Numbered from the whole stretch's first letter, positions 35,779-49,755 are shown. The stretch is 63,423 nucleotides of DNA, filler included, from Choristocarpus tenellus KU-1152 (GCA_964200185.2; 10 parts of 10 records of this genome joined end to end with filler, not necessarily neighbours in it), one strand, 5' to 3'. The notes: generated by a model from the sequence alone, not told the origin. Made by a program: numbers and translations.

Positions 35779-37058
35779 CCCTCACATGTTTGCAGTTGCA
35801 ATTTTTTTTGTTTATGACTATCATTGTCACGATAATCAATCATTGAAATCGTAGCATATATTATTATTGATTTTTTTTCTCCAGCAAATGAAAAACAAAT
35901 AGCAACAAGAGGAGTAAACCAGAGATTTCGTACAGTTAGCACTGATTGGATGGATGGATGGATGGTGGAGAGGGTCGGGCAGAAGAAATGTTAAATTTAT
36001 TTTTTTAATTTTATAACTAAACAATGTACAGAACAGAGCTCCATGTGGAAACTTCTTGAGTCATGCATGAAAAAAATGATGCTTTTTTTTCAAACAACAG
36101 AATAGTCTAGATATTTCCGGAAAGGAAAAAAAGAAGAAGTGTATTCCGTCACCCTACAACATCCTCTTACCTAGTCAGTCATTCACATAGTACTACAAAA
36201 TACAAAATGACAACGTCTCTTTCCTCAACGATTTCATGTGTTGTTTCAATGTGTGATGAGTACCTACGCCTTCGAAGAAACTAATACTTGAAGATATGTT
36301 TGTTTGTTTTTTTCTCTGCATGTGTTTGACCAAGAGGGACATACAGAGTAAAAAATTCTCTTGTACTCCAATTTTCCATCTCGTCGGATAAATCAAGGCG
36401 TTCCAGCCTCAAGAATCGTGAGATAACTTTCAACACCATTCTTTGGCCCCTTGTCTAAGTGGGCAAAAGCGCGTTGAACGAGCCGATAACCTGGCCCTTG
36501 AGATAAAAACAGCAGCGTCTGGCCACTGGACCAATCAGGCGTTCGGTTCGTCTACAAAATAATATAATAATAATAAAAAAAAGTGATCTTCACCTCGAAC
36601 GTTTGGCAATCAGTTCAAAAAGAGTAAATTTCCCATCCCCATGGCCGACAGTAACATACCCACTCAGTCCAATTACCCGCAATGAATGTTTTGGACGGGG
36701 GAAATCTTGTACCTGCTCACTCTAATTTGGGATCAATTCCTCTGCGTCCATTCGTCGATATTCCCTCTTGCTGGATCCTTCCACTGTTCCGCTCCAACCC
36801 TAAACCCTCAGAAGGAGAGGGAAAAGAGAGACAATGTCCTGGAGGGGGGGAAGAGCCTTGTCCCGAGTTGAGTGCAGATGGGGTGGTGCACTTCCTGAAG
36901 CTACGACCTGAACGCTTCACAGCCGACAACCCAAACGGCTTGGTTCAGGTACATGAGATGAGATGGTGTCATCGAAGTCGGTGAAACTTTGAACCAGCAA
37001 AAAAAAATCGAGCGAGAACTCCGTGTTTGTGAGAACAACCCCTCCTTTTTTCTTGGAG

Positions 37059-37124
37059 TTAGGGTTAGGGTTAGGGTTAGGGTTAGGGTTAGGGTTAGGA
37101 TTAGGATTAGGATTAGGATTAGGA
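37059..37124 (+). repeat. Interstitial telomere-like tract, (TTAGGG)n switching to (TTAGGA)n
   Basis: About six TTAGGG units followed directly by about five TTAGGA units. Confidence 0.9.
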
Positions 37125-38039
37125 TTTCTGGATCGGAAAAAAAATTGAGGGAGAGCTTCGTGCTCGCGGCAACCCTCTTTTTTTGGAAGGTTAGAAAACC
37201 TCAAACACGATTCCATTTCTAACAAAGATTATACATTACTTCAAGGAGGAGACACCAGTTAGAAACTTCCGTGAAGACCTTAATAAACCCAATCAAGCAC
37301 AATTGTCAACCGTGTCGCAGACGAGTTTTCTTGCGCATGGCAGGTTTTTTTTAGCCTTTCTGTAATCTCCCGTTCTGATTCTTTTTCTTTTTTTTTCATT
37401 TTTCCTGTTGGAGGACATATCAATTAACCTTTTTTTTTTAATTCTTTTCGTTACGGTCGGGGTTTTTTTTTTTGTATACATTACTCGAATTTGAATTTAT
37501 TTACACATGGTCACTATTGCTCAGAACTGTGTCGTTTAAAATTAAGCTTCTATATTGTTCGCCTGTTAAGTATCTGCAGTGCACAACAATAATGCTGAGT
37601 AGGTGGTTACACCCCTGACAGCCGTATTTATTCATAGGCCCTGTTGCACACGTCAACGCCAGCGATCCGTCTAGCACAACCCTTCCCTACGGGGTCAAAA
37701 TTGAGACACCTTCTATACGTGCAGTGTAACCATGTGGTATCTGAACATGGCTTGTTGTGGCGCACGATGTATTGGCATCAATACAATGTCCATCTCTCAG
37801 AAATTTAGAAAAAACAGTTTTTTTTTTTTTTTTTTTTTTAACGAGTGTACCACACCATCATGGTTGTTGCTGATGAGGCCTCTGAAAACATGTTTCCAAG
37901 AATAACTTTGGTAAACGTTGATACAGTCTTTCCCGCTTGCTGAAATGAAACTGTTTTAGAGTACCTGAGATGAAAATTACCGACCGGCCCCTTATTATTA
38001 CACGCCTACTACTTGCTGATTTTGTGTTCTGTTCCAAAG

Positions 38040-38175
38040 AAAAAGTATCTTAGAGGGGTAGGGCCGCGTGCGTCCTTTTGGGGGCCACGATCCAATGTTG
38101 CGATTTTGATGTATTTTTGGCTATCGTGTTTGTTAGGAATTGTCCACATCCTTATTCCGGGCACACCATTTCATA
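38040..38175. mobile_element. MITE family 1 copy, partial, ending at a gap
   Basis: aaagtatcttagagggg...ccaatgttgcgattttgatg...; a family end (ctctaagatactt) reappears at 38276 after the gap. Confidence 0.8.
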
Positions 38176-38559
38176 NNNNNNNNNNNNNNNNNNNNNNNNN
38201 NNNNNNNNNNNNNNNNNNNTTAATTAATTAANNNNNNNNNNNNNNNNNNNNNNNNNNNNNNNNNNNNNNNNNNNNCTCTAAGATACTTCGGTTCAAGAGC
38301 ATCGGAGTTATGGGCTTATGATAAAGGAGGGGGGCTACATGGAGATTTTGCGGTGAGGGGGAGAGATGTGGTATGGAGAATTATGGAATAGCCAGACTAG
38401 GATGGGAGGATAGACATCAAGTGCAGAAAGTCTAGTGACACTCACAAGGTCGAAAGGAGATCAGGGTAGGAAGGGAGCCGTGTCGACAAGATATTAAGGT
38501 GGAGGGGAAAAGGGGCGAAGAGAGTATGGGAGGTTTTGAGGTGTTGGTAGCAATTATGG

Positions 38560-39125
38560 AATGCTTCCCAGAACTCCCGCCCGAAGCTCCAAATATAGTA
38601 TTTCCACATGAGGATGATAGCAACCTTCCAGGGTCCTCTACTGTGCAGCACGAGAGTCATATCCCCCAAACCATGATCATTGCAGCCAACGCCCGCCCAG
38701 ATTCAACACACAGCTTTGATGGAAAGCTTGGTGTTTGGTGTGTGCGCACCAAAAACGGCGGACAGGACAAGCAAGAACCATAAAAAGGGGGATGTGTATG
38801 AGCAGGCTGTACTTTAGACCATTTGTGGTACAGGAAGTGGTACATGGAGGAGTTACTACCTGCAATCAAGACCAAGATGCCTTGGTTGCAGGGGAAGCAT
38901 GTTGTCGTTCAGTAAGACGGTGCCACCCCCCACATGGGCAAGGGCAATTCAGAAATCTTGTCAGAGGCATGGAAGACTGAGGGGTGGCCGATTAGTCTTG
39001 TGACACCAGCCATCTAACTCCCCCAATCCCAATATCATGGACCCGTGCTTCTTCAGGTCTTTGAAACGCCGGGTGATGGGGAGTGGTTTGGGTTCATCGA
39101 GGAGGTGGTGAAGGTCATTAAGAAA
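38560..39125 (+). pseudogene. Mariner-like transposase relic (plant/oomycete DD39D-type)
   Basis: VQHESHIPQTMIIAANARPD..FDGKLGVW, then Q*DGATPHMGK and PSNSPNPNIMDPCFFRSLK, matching the KVMFLAAVARPR / FDGKIGIW / QQDNAxPH / QPPNSPDLNILDLGFF pattern; stops and frameshifts present. Confidence 0.8.
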
Positions 39126-39260
39126 GAGTCAGAGTATCTTAGAGGGTAGAACCGCATCCATTTGGGGGTCAAAATCCAATGTGGTGATTTTGATGAAATT
39201 TTGGCTATTTTTTTGTTAGGAAGTTCCAATGCCCTTGTTCCGAACATACAATTTCATAAA
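39126..39260. mobile_element. MITE family 1 partial copy abutting the mariner relic
   Basis: gagtcagagtatcttagagggtagaaccgcatccatttggggg... Confidence 0.82.
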
Positions 39261-40196
39261 ATACTATTGCTTAAACATAGTATCAAGATCTTGTTCTCAA
39301 GAGAGGGGGGGGCTGAAGCCATGGCCTGGGGCACTAGTGTCTCAGAGACTGTTGATGCACATAGATTGCACACAGTAAGCCAGTTAGCGCTCTCTTGTAT
39401 GGACTCAGAGTCTTTCCTCACTGGAGAAAGACCCTGAAGCAATGATTGGAGCGCTAGTATCTCAGAAGTCACAGATGTGACCATGCACGAATGTCGTCAC
39501 ACATGGTTTCAAGGTCATTCCCAAGGTAAGGATGTAACGCCTGAGCCACAGATACGACAATGTAGACCATTTCTCCCTTATTTGAGAGAAGGAGAGAGAC
39601 ACTCCCACTATAAATGCAGAGACCCCATGTAGGTTGGAGTCCCAGGATCCCAAGTGAAGCAGGATGATGGACCTCTCAAGGAGCCAACAAAGTCCCATGT
39701 AGTGAGTTGAGTATTCTCGCCAGTTTTTTGCGACAGGGCAGGACCTCCATATTTCAAAACACTCCCAGCAGCTTACCATGGCGAGATATGTAGCTCCAAT
39801 CTTCAAGCATGTGGACAGATGGTGAGTGTTGATGACAGTGCCTGTGATGGGACAGTGTCATAACAGCCACATGAGATGAGTGTTTATCAGACTGTAGTTA
39901 CCATTAAAGTATGTGCTTTATATTCTCAAGTCGACTGTACGATTGAAAGAATGAAGACTTCAAAAAGAATATTGGCCTTCAGGGGGAACCCTCACAAGTT
40001 AGGGGGCTTTTTATTTTGTGTCGGTTCGCCCTGTACACTTCACGCTTGGTTCGATTATATAAGCGTGTGAAATCAAAAATTTGCAAGCCAGCTGAACTTG
40101 ACTTGCGTGCATCATTAAAACTCTTTTGATTCACAACACCAATCAGATTCTTCTTGCGACAAAGCTTTCTCCCTCTATTCAGCAATTTTCAATTTT

Positions 40197-40456
40197 GAGT
40201 GAAAGTATCTTAAAGGATACGAGTTTTGCCCTTTTTGTCCGTTGTTTAGGGCTTGGCTTCCCACGGGTTCCTTATGACATGTTCCTACTCCGAAATGTTA
40301 TGGAGTAGGTAAAATGTGTACGTTTTGATAAGGTGTGCCCGGAACAAGAATATTGACACGTTCTAACAAACATGATAGCCAAAATTACATCAAAATTGCA
40401 ATGTTGGATTTTGACCCCCAAATGGACGCAGCTCTACCCTCTAAAATACTTAACTC
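40197..40456. mobile_element. MITE family 1 copy
   Basis: ttt|gagtgaaagtatct...ctaaaatacttaactc|ttt. Confidence 0.9.
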
Positions 40457-40933
40457 TTTGTACTACAAGAGCATATAATACTCAATGTAAAACATATTTT
40501 TAGATTGGATATTATAGGTCCTTGTGGTTCAATGTTTGAGGAGGCTATTCCCTGTATGAATTTGGTGGGTTAAAAGCACATCGATACCAGACTTCTTTTA
40601 AAAGAAATCTGGCTTCGAATTTCCAATTTCCAATTCCATGTGGTTAGAACAACAGATTGTACATCAGCACTGTCTTTGGTGGGCCTTGGTATGGCTTTTA
40701 TGGGATTCCATTAAAGAGAATCAAGAGTATATAGCACATTAGGTGTGACCTTGATGTGAGGGAGGGTCAAAAGCGGACACCCCCCCCCCCCCCAAAATAT
40801 TTTTGGCATTGAAAGTGGTCACACTCATACAAANNNNNNNNNNNNNNNNNNNNNNNNNNNNNNNNNNNNNNNNNNNNTTAATTAATTAANNNNNNNNNNN
40901 NNNNNNNNNNNNNNNNNNNNNNNNNNNNNNNNN

Positions 40934-40995
40934 GGACCCGAATGGACACCCTGGTGTAGACCCCCCCTCCCCCCCCCCTCCTGATACTTTGAGCC
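40934..40995. mobile_element. MITE family 2 right end after a gap
   Basis: tggacaccctggtgtagacccccc...gatactttgagcc. Confidence 0.8.
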
Positions 40996-42404
40996 GGGAG
41001 GGAGAGGAAAAAGACAATTTTTTGGGAGCGTTTAAGGGTGTCTAAACCCTACCTTGCGATGATTAGTTTAGAGGACTACCTGTACATATGCTGGTGATAA
41101 TCTCATTCAGTAGACTTTTATGTGATCCAGAGTATGTGTTAGAAAACCCTCGAATAAATGCAGACCCAATGTCAAGTCATGTGGTATTCTTTATATTATG
41201 ATATCCATGGATGTACATGCTAGTGTTTCCTCAAGTCAGGGTTCAATCAAATTGACCAGAAAATCAGTTTGTCATCATATACCCACCTTTGTGCGAGTAA
41301 AACTCTGATCACATCATATACCCAACCTGTATCCTGACATACAGTGCCTCTGGTACCCTGCTTGGTCTTAACCCCCTTCCGCCACACCTGCCTCTCTCTC
41401 TTAGGATGATATCTTGCTGAACTTTCTGCCCAACGATTCGGTGATGTTTCTTGGGAGACTTGGGATGGGCGTGACAATTCTGGTGGCTATCATCATGATC
41501 ACGCTTCCATGCCGAGATGTAATCTACGAAGTAGTTGGGGTGCTCAAACAGACGGTCAAGGTATGTAGCTCCTGCTGCTGATCTTTATACATATAACAGG
41601 GGTTATCAGTATAATTCGGAAGCATGCATGTAGGCTTTGCACTTGTATGCTCGAATATACAATCTTAGTAGCATGCATGTAATGTGTGCTCCATTCACGC
41701 AGACAAAAATCTATGTAGAGCTCTAATCAACTTATTGAGAGATGGGGAGATGGGAGTCAAAAGTATCCTTGATGAGGGTATAGTCTAATTGTAGGTATTT
41801 TTGAGAGGGCCTTCTTTTTTGTCTTTTGAATCACTTATACATCTCCCTCTCCACATGATGATAGCTCTATCCAAGGGTCTCGTCTGCCTTAGGCACGGTG
41901 ACCAAACAGATCACACATATATTTTCAGTGTAGAATCCGAGGGGTTATCCACAAGTGAAAAAATATCATAAAGTTCAAAATAGGCTAAAACCCCCATCAA
42001 TTTAGGATGCTTTGGCTCATGGATAACTTCCCAAACTGTGGTTTCAACTAAGACCAAGGTGAGGGTAGGGGACTTTTTGAAACGACAACATTGGCAACAA
42101 TTGAATGGCGTACATTTCATGCAGCAAAGTGATGGAGGTAGTGGAACAGCTGATTGAGATCAACAAGGGTAATCTCCAAATATTTTTCCAGGAAGATGGA
42201 GGGGAAATGCATTTGTCAGTTTGAAAAAAGTGCTGTTCAGGGGAACTTTAGGATTGCGTACTGGTCTCTGTTGATGGTAGGTGCTGTATGTACTGTTTCA
42301 CCAATGGTTCTCTAAAATAATGTCATACCATCATGACGACCAAAATAATAGTATGTTTTTGGCGAACTACTAGACTCCGAATGGCGTATATCAGGTCCTG
42401 TGTG

Positions 42405-42760
42405 ATGCGTCAGGGGTGAGACCTGCACAGAAGGAGGACTGTGCATTAGAAAGCCTCTGCGTAAGTAATACTTTTATTGGAATCATACCTTTTTGGAGAA
42501 AATTTGGGATGCTGGAAGGGATGTAGAAGGATCTATATCTAGAACAGCAACAAGAATAGATGTAGAAGTGGAATGGAGATTTCAAGAATTAGGTCGGGTG
42601 ACTGTTTTTCTTTTTTCTAGATGTAGATTCCTTCACGTTTCTTACTGCATCCACAACATCCTCCAAGAGGGATAATTCCGATTAATAAAATCTTTATTTG
42701 GCAGAGTCGTCTTCCTGATGCACGGTCTTCCTCCTGTGCGTGTCTCACCCCTGACACTCT
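42405..42760. repeat. Diverged inverted repeat, ~140-bp arms with ~70-bp spacer
   Basis: gtcaggggtgagacctgcacagaaggaggactgtgcatt...atctatatctag pairs with ctagatgtagattc...gatgcacggtcttcctcctgtgcgtgtctcacccctgac. Confidence 0.8.
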
Positions 42761-44208
42761 ACCTGTGGTCTGGTACACACACATTTTTTTTGTTTTTGTC
42801 CTAAATCGATTTCGTATCCAAAGCATGAAACATGAACTATGATTGTGTCACTGCAACATACCATTTGCGACAGAGTATTATAAGTTATATCCAATTTGAT
42901 GACGAGCCCGCTTTTCGATTTTGTGAGTGTGCTTTGGTAAGTCATTTTTGTGTGTGTGTGTGTGTTTGTAAATGGTTGTATAAATACATCATTTTTCCTT
43001 TTGAGGTACTATGTTTGCGTCTCCCGTATTTAATTTGATTTGTGTTAAGCAACTATAGGGGTTAGGCTAAGGTTTAGGGTTTCATAGGTACAGCTACCTC
43101 TTGTGCTAGGGTGCATCAGTCCAGGAGCATTTGATAGCACACATGGGGACTCTCGAAAATATGACCCTCAGACTGTCCCTCCTCGTGTGCTAAATGTGTT
43201 TTGCAGTATTGAGGAGGGGACAGTTCATGGCTAAATACTACATACACACGCTTAACTGGAAGTACGTTTGTTATATTTCAGTATTTTTCTCCACACCGCT
43301 TTTCCCCTGGAAAACAGTAACATCCTGACTCCGTTCATTGGTCAAATGGAAAATTGTTCCGAACTGTTGGAGATTGCAGAGTTCTACGGTTGAACGAAAT
43401 GTGAACTCCCCGAGATTGGCATCAGTGACTAGCCCGTATTCGGTTTGAACAAAGAGTTGAAGGGAAAAGGTAAAACATCTCATGAAACACTTGCAGACAT
43501 TTGTCATTTCATTTTCGAACCTTTCAATGAAGATTTCATACATTGCCCTCGTGGAGCAAACTAGGCTCCTCTCCCTTCTGAATGAAAATGCTGTAGAATA
43601 CCCCCAGCACCCAATTTTCTTCTTCCTTCCTTGTAGGCTTCTATACTCAATACCATTGACTTTCTAATACCCCTCTTCTGGTCTGGTTCCGCAAATTTCA
43701 CTTGCCCCTCTCATGGTCCGATCCCGGTCCTGATTCTTCCCCGGTCCCTGCAGGGGTGTTGCCACCCCCTTGACTATGCTGTGGTAGGAACACCCGGGAC
43801 TCCCGGGACTCCCAACAATAGGGTGGATAGCTGTCTGAAGGTTTGGATCTGAGGATGGGTACTTAGTGTAGACCCAAAGTACCTGGGAGGGGGGGAGGGG
43901 TCTTCACCAGGGTGNNNNNNNNNNNNNNNNNNNNNNNNNNNNNNNNNNNNNNNNNNNNTTAATTAATTAANNNNNNNNNNNNNNNNNNNNNNNNNNNNNN
44001 NNNNNNNNNNNNNNTTCAAACGTTTTCCCTTCCCGTCTCTTATGTAGGCCCCCCCCCCCCCCTCCCCCCCAGATACTTTGAGCCTTAATTTAATGTATAT
44101 ATACGTGTCGAGGAGGGTGGGTTGGATCGTGGGTCTGTACTCTTCCTACTTCCCCTCTTTGGGCTATTTTTAGTTTGTTTTTGTTTGTATGATTTTACCA
44201 ACTGTATT

Positions 44209-44386
44209 GGCTTAAATTATCTGAGGGGGGGTTGTATCTGTTAATTTGGGGCCCATTTTTCCCTGTCGCGATTTTTGGGTGATTTAGTTGTATGAGTCGG
44301 ATGGATAAGATAAGTGCACTTTTCCTGGTCAGGGTCCGAATACACACCCTGGTGTAGACTCCCCCCCCCCCTAGGTACTTCAAGCT
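44209..44386. mobile_element. MITE family 2 copy; further fragments at 43871-43914 and 44050-44084
   Basis: ggcttaaattatctgagggggg...cccccctaggtacttcaagc. Confidence 0.8.
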
Positions 44387-45042
44387 AATGATCGTCTATG
44401 TGAGAGAGTTTGTTTGCACTCCCCCACAGCATAATTTGACAAGTTGTTAATTTTAACTGGGGATTTGGAGCAAACTGTACATTTGCTATGGGAGGGGGGG
44501 GATAGGTTGGAGGCGAGAGTTGGAATTGGGCAGTAGTTTGAGCTGACATACTTGAATGTGGTTGAGGCAAAGGTGCGTATGAGAATGATGGTAATGGTAC
44601 AACCGTAGACTACAGAGTGGAGATCAACAAACCAATGTGGTTACGGCATTTGAGTAAAGGACCAAAGAATTGAAGTAATTATTTTCACTGGGGACAATCG
44701 CCTCAAGGTGGCTGTAGGTGTCACATAAAAATCTCCCGTGAGTGTAACCTATAAATTATAATTAAATAAATGTGTTTCTTGATATACTTCTAGTACACAC
44801 TTGTTGTGTTTTTGTGGAAATATGGATAGCGTAGACAACTGTCTTTATTAGTTACGTTTCTATGCCAAAAGACTTGAAGTAAGTGTTGATTCACACAATA
44901 CAGTAATGTACACTTCAATATATTCATGAGTTTTTTTTATGGGGTGGGTAATTTATTTGGGAGTTGGTGATTTGTTGTAGTGTACTTTATGTATTGAGGT
45001 AATATATTATATATACGCTTCACATACATGACTTTTACCTCA

Positions 45043-45231
45043 GGCTCAAAGTATCTGAGGGGAAGGGGGGGTGGCGGCTGTCCATTTGGGGTCAATTTTT
45101 TCATATCTCGATTTTTGAGTAATTTGGTTACATATGTCAGATGGATAATGTAAATGCACTTTTCCCGATCTTGACCCAAATGGACACCCTGGTTTAGACC
45201 CCCCTCTCCCCCCTCCCAGATACTTTGGATC
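45043..45231. mobile_element. MITE family 2 copy (~190 bp)
   Basis: ggctcaaagtatctgaggg...tgtccatttgggg...cccaaatggacacc...cccagatactttggatc. Confidence 0.88.
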
Positions 45232-46249
45232 TCGAGGAAGTGATTAATGGTGAGTCATGACGGAGTTAACAAGTGCCTTATGTGGCCTGTTACAATCCTT
45301 TCGATCATTTAGCCACTGTAGTACTACGTAATACATAGGATCCAAACTACTAGCATATATATACTTTATATTTGGCTCGTATCATGTTCATCAAGGGTGA
45401 TTTTGGAGGACCTCCAACTATAGTTGCAAAAAATAGCCTCCTTCCCCATCCAACAGTAATAGATACTTTTAAATTGTGATACAGGGTGTGGACTGTGTCT
45501 GCTCCTATTGATAATTGATGTTTCCTGATCTCTGACCCACCTTGTATGTGTGCTGTGTTGTATCCGCCATTTCGTTGCATGTTGAGTGGGTAAAGAGCCT
45601 ATTGATTGGTTCTAGGCACTACCACTTAGTATCTATTCCTCGATTTGGTAATGGAAGGTGAGAAAACTTTGTGAGAGAGTGAGAAACATATCATTTACAA
45701 CTTTATGTACTACAGTAGTAGTATAAGAGCATTACTGCTTTCGAATGAAAATTTGATAGTTCACACTGATAATGAGATATCATGTCAAGGATTGGACCCA
45801 GCCCACGGCTTGAATAGGCCAACGCACTCAGAACTGAGAATGACGTGGTAATACAATTGTATTTAATGGTAGTGGGAATATTCCAAAACAAGAAACTGAT
45901 GCTCACAAAAAAACGTTTAAATTGAATGTGTTCTATGCTTCCTCACTTCATCTTCTTTTTGGTCATTCATTTCATTCGGTGACCTGATACTGATACATAC
46001 ATGCTGTTGTTCCTGTGTTGTAAATACGACATAGCGAGGTCTGTGCAACAGGTACCATGTAGGTGTTTCAATAAATGTACTCTACACATGATGCATTTGA
46101 AAGTGTGCGCACTTCAAAGTAGAGTCAGAAAAATATGCACTAAATATATGTGGAGTATATGCTAGGATAATGGCTACATCTTACTGGACAACTGATCCTA
46201 AGTATAATCGTACTACCACTTGAGCTACCTTTCAGTAGTTCTGCTGCAT

Positions 46250-47230
46250 GGCTTCATATTCTCTCCCCCCTCTCAGGATATTGACGTGTCATATTATGAC
46301 CTGATTTTACGTGAGATAATCCTAGTCTACTTACTCCCTGATGGTTACAGTAGAAACCTTTTACATCACGCAGCCTGTACCTTGGAACAAAATATATTAA
46401 TATGATGCACACATGCCAGAGTGGCAGTCCAAACACCATACAGAACAGTATGCAGCTACATACCCTCCAGAAAAAGAAGTTTCGTTGAATATTTTGGACT
46501 GAGGTGGTATAGAGCTTGAAGTACCCCAGAGCACCATATGCATGCATGCAAGAGTACACTGTGGTTGACTTTATGGGTCAACAGGTACTGTGTCGATAAC
46601 AAGAACTAATTGGTTCATTGTGGATGGAGGATGTGCTGCTGCAGTTACCACTCACTCAAGAACATTTCAGAGGTGGATATTTCGTTGCTGGAAACATTCT
46701 AGTGGTTCAGTGGTGCTGTTCAGTACACACTGCCACATCTGTATGGTATCAATAGTGTTTTTTAGGACATACAGTTTGTGCCATGCAAAGATGACACAGA
46801 GGGGGAGAAAGGCATTCATTTGCCACAATGTGTACGAAAGACACCTGGAGCATATATGTTCGCCTTCCTTGTGCCAGTCAACAAATCGTATGAGATTCAC
46901 CTTGTTTTGTCTAGTTTGTAATCTGCTGCTTGTTGTCTTGTTCACTAAAAATAGCACAGCTGTTCATGCTGGCTCTTGGAGAACATGTAAAAAGGGGAGC
47001 GGGTCCTTCCCAACAGACCTCCTCTCTATTGGCACTTTTTGTGAACACCTGTTGCAAATGAATCTTACATGCAACAGGTATAATGTTAGTATGTGTACCC
47101 TGGAGTAAAAACATGTAAGTTACGTTCAGATCAGCACAGCCTTGCGTCATCCATGGAGCAAGTGCAGAAACTCTTGGTTCTTGAGATGAACAGAGTTGTG
47201 AATTGTGTTCATTCAATCGATTCAACTAAG
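46250..47230 (-). pseudogene. Degraded SWIM-zinc-finger (MULE/Mutator-like) transposase relic
   Basis: Two SWIM-like strings on the minus strand: HICSRCLSYTLWQMNAFLPLCVIFA (ORF 46667-46957) and VCSCILFCMVFGLPLWHVC (ORF 46254-46559); fragmented frames. Confidence 0.4.
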
Positions 47231-49491
47231 ATCTGGTGCTGTGCTATCACAGGCAAATGAAAAACACAAAAAGAACAACCAACCCTCACTCAATGGCTCA
47301 TGTCTTGCACTGGAGTGCTAGTACTGTTCCCAATCAAAATTGTGCACTCTAAACAAAACAGCTAAGGCAATAACTCCACAAATCCCTACCCTTTGTGGTC
47401 CTTAGATATATTAATAAATTGATTCATGGCAGTGCTGTACTGTGTGTGTGTATCATAGTATGTAAACTGGTCATCTATCTGCAGAAGCTACTTGAGCACC
47501 CACTGAAGTAGAAGAAAGATATTTGGTGCTGGAAGCGAGAGGTATAGTAGACCTCGACTCCTGGCACAATTGTGCATTCACAAAGAAGGATCCAATGCAC
47601 ATAGTAGTTGAAGCACCAACACCTCATTCATCATCATTAGCTGTTGTTGGGATAAAAAGATGGTACTACAACCATGCTTTGTCACCACCATCCTGATGTA
47701 CAAGAACCGCCCCTACAAGTCCTAGGCATCATTCTCCTTCTCACACCCAAGCAGTCTACTCATAGGCAGCACAACACCAACAACCTGACTTGGCGAATCA
47801 AACCCGTAATGTTCCCTCCTTCAAATAAGCTAAATGTATAGCCTTTACTATCCATTTAATTGAAAGGTATTCTCAACATACATTGTCTTGAAATTTTTCC
47901 TTTAATGAAAATTTTCAGTTCATTATTGAACTGGAGAGCCTTTGCTTACCCATCAACATAATCATGAACCAGTTACCATTTATCAATATATATACATATA
48001 GGAATGTATGTACGAGGGCATATAGAGAACTCTACGATAGGAATATGGTTGGGGGAGAGTTGTGAGTTGATTCCGTCAACTCCCACTAGTTCAAATGTTT
48101 TAGTTTCTGTCTGCTCCATAATCTGTGTGACAGTACAAGGCTAATTAATCAAAGAATTCAGAGCATACTTACTCCAGAGTACAAAAATACAGCCAGTGGT
48201 AATTGGAAGTATTCAATACCAATCCATTTCTCATCAATGTCTAAATACATAGCAACAATGCTACTTATTGGAAATGAACTCACAAAATGAAGCATAGTAC
48301 AGCTTCAGTGAGTAAACCCATTTGCCTTTAGGTGATCATGACCCTATTGCACTATCAAAGCACAGTAGGACACAGGCATGCACATCATGTGTCAATACAA
48401 CATCAACACTACACATACCAACTGCAATACTACCACAAAAGACACTGAAAACCTTATCAAATACTCAGTACAGTAATTTATACAAAAAATGTCTACATAA
48501 CTTCCAACAAAACAGGAAAATAGACGTGACTCTTTTAGAAAAACCTGTGCACCCCCCCCCCCCAGTTACGAACAGGCAAAAATACACATAAAACGAAAAA
48601 TGGACTGGGACACATTTGCAATAGGCCTTGCAAGCAACCATCCAGAACAAACTCTCGCTATCATCACACAATACCTCGAGCAAACGGTCCCATAGTCCAA
48701 AATTAATGCATGGATCCCTTCCTCCTCTCAACTCATCCCAGTCCCACATAAAACAAACATGTAAGACTAATCATGCAGCTTGAGGACAATGCGACTGGCA
48801 AGTTTTGTCCCAGTCAACGACACATATAGCATCAAGGCATCACGCATCATCATCTGCGACTCCTTTGTCAGGGCATCAAGGGATACAGGGAACGGCAAAC
48901 CCACAATGAGTTGCACCTTGTTGATAGCCCTGGCTACTTCGGCATTGTCCACGCCTTCCAACCCTTTTCGCTGCCTGCTGCCCTCTCCTGCTGAAGAATC
49001 TCCTACCTCAGACAAGTTCCCAACATCTCCTGGTCTCCCTGCCTCTTCACTTTTCTCCACCCCTGCTCCAATCCCAGTCTGTTCACCTTGACTGTCCATA
49101 TGATCTCCCTGGGCCAATGAACTCATGCCACTGCTTAAATCACCCTCAACCTTGGGTAGCACACCACCTCCTCCAGCATTTTCAACATGCCCACAATTAC
49201 CTCCCTCATCACCCACCTTACCAACCCCAGCATCTGTACCCCTTGATCCCCAACCATTTCCAGATGCATCTCTCCCTTTGGACGATGGTTCCTTCCTCCC
49301 CCCCCCCCCCCCTTCCCCTCCCCCCCCCCCCCCCCCCCCCCCCCTTCCTCCCCCCCCCCTTCCCCCCCCCCCCCCCCCCCACACGGCCTCANNNNNNNNN
49401 NNNNNNNNNNNNNNNNNNNNNNNNNNNNNNNNNNNTTAATTAATTAANNNNNNNNNNNNNNNNNNNNNNNNNNNNNNNNNNNNNNNNNNNN

Positions 49492-49629
49492 GCAATATTT
49501 TCATGTTGCGATTTTTGGTTTATTTGGTTGCATATACGTCGGATGGATAATGTAAATGCACTTATCCTGAGTTTGGTCCAAATGGACACCCTGGTGGTGA
49601 TCCCCCCCCCCCTCCAGATACTTTGGGTC
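49492..49629. mobile_element. MITE family 2 partial copy after a gap
   Basis: catgttgcgatttttgg...ccaaatggacaccctgg...ccagatactttgggtc. Confidence 0.82.
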
Positions 49630-49755
49630 ATATGGGTTACTTCATGGTTCCAACTTCTGCTATCCTACGTTACATGCAGGGACTACCTGTTTCACGCTTA
49701 CCACACGCGATAATAATTGATCTGGATAATAAATATCATCTATCACTTTAGATCA

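Noticed and set aside
36917-37225. ORFs with (NP)n or (RV/RI)n repeats
   Set aside because: Translation of the telomere-like tract.
49117-49443. Proline-rich/glycine-rich ORFs
   Set aside because: Poly-C tract at a contig end running into a gap; sequence quality doubtful.
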